From Candidatus Nanohaloarchaea archaeon (GTDB taxonomy: Archaea; Nanohalarchaeota; Nanosalinia; Nanosalinales; Nanosalinaceae): 49,296 nt of DNA. The stretch is taken from positions 1-49,296 of the forward strand of contig JBDGSE010000014.1 in assembly GCA_042217695.1 (NCBI GenBank). The letters are read 5' to 3'. This document shows positions 46,756 to 49,296 of this stretch, in pieces (the first letter of the stretch is position 1; every line of letters starts with the position of its first letter). Both the position numbers and the translations under genes were made by a program. Below the pieces are notes generated by a model. The model ran no database searches. It was not told the DNA's origin and saw nothing but the letters and a program-made list of their open reading frames with translations.

Positions 46756-48168
46756 TCAGAAGGTGTGGACGGATTCGTCCTTTGCGGCCTCGCACGCATC
46801 AGCCAGCGCCTCGGGGAAAGTCGGGTGTGCGTGTATCGTGTTCGCGACGTCGTCCAGGTATGCCTGCATCTCTAGCGCGAGCGTGGCTTCGGCTATCATG
46901 TCGGAGGCCCTCGAACCGACTATCTGCACCCCGAGGAGTTCCTCTTCTCCCGAGGCGATAACCTTCACGTAGCCCTCGGGGTGGTTGGTGGTCAGCGCCC
47001 TACCGGACGCCGTCATGGGGAATTTCCCCGTCTTGACCTCATCGTATCTTTCCCCGGCCTCTTCCTCGTTCAGACCTACTACTGCAACCTCTGGGTCGGT
47101 GTACATCACCTTTGGTATGTACTGGTTGTCGAATGCCGCGTCCTCTCCCGCTATCGAATCGGCCGCTACCTTGCCCTGTCTGTAGGCTTTGTGGGCCAGG
47201 AGCGGTTGCCCGGCGACATCACCTATCGCGTATATGTTTTCGTCGGAAGTCCTCATCTCCTGGTCGGTTTTCACGAAACCGTCCTCCCGTTCAACCCGGG
47301 TGTTTTCCAGCCCCAGTTTTTCCAGTGTTGGCTCCGGTGTCCTGCCCACAGCCACCAGCACCTTGTCGCCGGTTATCTCGATCTCCTCGCCCTCTCTTTC
47401 CGCTACAACCACGGCCTTTCCGTCCTCGTATCGGAGTTCCCTGGCCTCCGTCGAGGTGTACAGTTCTTCCTCGTAGTAGTCGGGGTTGGTCTCCTGTATC
47501 GAGTTAACTATCTCCTCGTCGAACTGTCCCAGGACACGGTCCTGAACCTCGACTATCTTCACGTTTGAGCCGAACTTTGAGAACTTGGTGACTGCCTCCA
47601 TACCTATGTATCCTCCCCCGATCACGACTATCTCCTCGGGGATCTCTTCCAGCTCCAGTAGCTCCCGGGACGATATGACCCTGTCCTTATCGAACTCGAA
47701 GCCTGGTAACTCGACTGGACGGGAACCTGTTGCTATTATCGCCTTCTCGAACTCTATCTTCTCGGTCCGGTGTTCCTGTTCTACCCGGGCCGTGTTTGAA
47801 TCTATGAACCGGGCCTCGCCGTTGATGTATTCTCCGCCGTGATGTTTCAGCACCTGGAGGATGCCATTGTCCAGTTTCTCCACGATGCCGTCCTTCCACT
47901 GCTGTATCTCCTCGAAGTTGATCTCCAGGTCGGATGTGTGGACACCGATCTCCTCCCAGTGCTGGATATCCTCCTGGAAACCCGCCGCATGTATGAGAGC
48001 TTTTGCAGGGATGCAGCCGTGGTTCAGGCACACGCCGCCCACCGAGTCTTTGTCGACCAGTATAACGTCTTTTCCCCTCTGGGCTGCTCTTATTGCGGCC
48101 GAGTAACCGCCGGGACCGGCACCGATAACCAGTACATCTGTACCAGTTGCTATGTCTCCCACTACCAC
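46756..48168 (-). CDS. lpdA: Dihydrolipoyl dehydrogenase E3
   Basis: GAGPGGY, GGVCLNHGCIP, HAHPT. Confidence 0.97.
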   Translation of the reverse strand: MVVGDIATGTDVLVIGAGPGGYSAAIRAAQRGKDVILVDKDSVGGVCLNHGCIPAKALIHAAGFQEDIQHWEEIGVHTSDLEINFEEIQQWKDGIVEKLDNGILQVLKHHGGEYINGEARFIDSNTARVEQEHRTEKIEFEKAIIATGSRPVELPGFEFDKDRVISSRELLELEEIPEEIVVIGGGYIGMEAVTKFSKFGSNVKIVEVQDRVLGQFDEEIVNSIQETNPDYYEEELYTSTEARELRYEDGKAVVVAEREGEEIEITGDKVLVAVGRTPEPTLEKLGLENTRVEREDGFVKTDQEMRTSDENIYAIGDVAGQPLLAHKAYRQGKVAADSIAGEDAAFDNQYIPKVMYTDPEVAVVGLNEEEAGERYDEVKTGKFPMTASGRALTTNHPEGYVKVIASGEEELLGVQIVGSRASDMIAEATLALEMQAYLDDVANTIHAHPTFPEALADACEAAKDESVHTF

Positions 48169-48184
48169 AAGCTTTCACCCGTCA

Positions 48185-49296
48185 TCACAGGTTCACCATC
48201 ATGTCTTCAGGGTTTTCCAGCCTTTCGATAACCGAGTTCAGGAAACGGGCGGCGGTGGCGCCGTCAACTACACGGTGGTCGTAACTTAGCGAGAGTTTCA
48301 CGGTTGTCCGGGGCACGACTTCGCCGTCCACCACCTGCGGTGTCTCCTGGATTTTCCCGACTCCGAGTATCGCGACCTGGGGATAGTTTATTATCGGGGT
48401 GAATCCTTCCCCACCGATGGCGCCTATATTGGTTATCGAGAACGTGCCGCCCTCCATATCTTGCCGGGTCAGGGAACCTTCCTGCGCTTTTTCCACTTTT
48501 TCTGATATCGAGTCCGCGAGCTCCACCATGTTCTTATCGTCCACGCCTTCCACAACAGGGACCATCAGGCCGCGCTCTGTGTCGACCGCGATGTTGAAGT
48601 CGTAGAAATTCTTGCGGAGTATCTCGTGGTTCTCCTCATCCAGCTCGGCGTTCAGGTCGGGGTATTCCTCCAGGGCCTGTACGGCAGCCTTCATTATGAA
48701 AGGCAGGTATGTCAGGTGTGCCTCGTACCGGTCCTTCACCTCCTCCCGCATATCCGATAGACGGGTGACGTCCGCGGTGTCGATATGGGTGACATGAGGC
48801 GCGGTGAATTTGGACTCTGTCATACGCTCCGCTATCGTCCTCCTGGCGGACGACATGTCGACCCTCTCTACCTTCTCTGCGGAGGATCTTTTCTCACGGG
48901 GAGTTTCCGCGGCATCAAGCACATCGTCACGGGTGATCTTTCCACCACGGCCGCCTCCCTCTACTTCTTCGAGATCCACTCCCTTTTCACGCGCCAGTTT
49001 CCTGACGGAGGGCGTGGCCTTTACCTGTTGAGGGGTGGAGACGGACTCCGTGGAGCTGTCGGTGCTTTCCGTTCCGGTGTCGCTGGATCCTCTGGCGGCG
49101 TCCCTGACCTCTTCCTCGGTGATGCGTTCTCCAGTCTTTATCGAGGCCAGGTCCACCCCCTTTTCACGCGCCAGTTTCCTGACCTTTGGAAGGGCCAGAA
49201 CATCTCCCTTGGATTCCGGCCTCTCTTCTCTTTCTCTTTCTTTCTCCACGTTTTCTGCCGGCGTTTCAGAGCCTGCATTCTCCTCTGTCTCTTCTT
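48185..49296 (-). CDS. pdhC: 2-oxoacid dehydrogenase E2 acyltransferase, 5' end beyond the window
   Basis: Two peripheral subunit-binding domains; GGTFSITNIG; DHRVVDG. Confidence 0.93.
   Translation of the reverse strand, partial: EETEENAGSETPAENVEKEREREERPESKGDVLALPKVRKLAREKGVDLASIKTGERITEEEVRDAARGSSDTGTESTDSSTESVSTPQQVKATPSVRKLAREKGVDLEEVEGGGRGGKITRDDVLDAAETPREKRSSAEKVERVDMSSARRTIAERMTESKFTAPHVTHIDTADVTRLSDMREEVKDRYEAHLTYLPFIMKAAVQALEEYPDLNAELDEENHEILRKNFYDFNIAVDTERGLMVPVVEGVDDKNMVELADSISEKVEKAQEGSLTRQDMEGGTFSITNIGAIGGEGFTPIINYPQVAILGVGKIQETPQVVDGEVVPRTTVKLSLSYDHRVVDGATAARFLNSVIERLENPEDMMVNL

Overview
Gene-dense chromosomal window from a halophilic archaeon. The acidic proteome, compact intergenic regions, single-fold histones and grpE-dnaK-dnaJ point to Nanohaloarchaeota (DPANN); this taxon call is inferred. 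It contains the replication origin (three ORB/G-string boxes and an AT-rich tract) followed by cdc6-DP1-DP2, plus dnaG, rpa-radA, two histones, PolB, chaperones, peptidases, a copper oxidase/cupredoxin unit and the end of a 2-oxoacid dehydrogenase operon. No CRISPR array, rRNA, integrase or transposase was seen. The most interesting content is non-coding. (1) A tRNA-Thr(CGU) has a 125-nt multi-hairpin intron and a leader that duplicates both the tRNA 5' end and the intron's first hairpin; that hairpin loop is complementary to the tRNA's own anticodon loop. (2) A palindromic module is shared between that intron and the dnaK-dnaJ spacer. (3) An unclassified ~300-nt structured RNA with a canonical K-turn precedes a 41-codon ORF. 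(4) A probable H/ACA guide RNA matches 23S helix 69 U1915. (5) A 1.1-kb island is bracketed by inverted promoter-like repeats. Several micro-ORFs missed by the ORF track and some catalytically altered enzyme homologues were also found. All product calls come from motif recognition by eye and all RNA folds from manual pairing; no database search was run.
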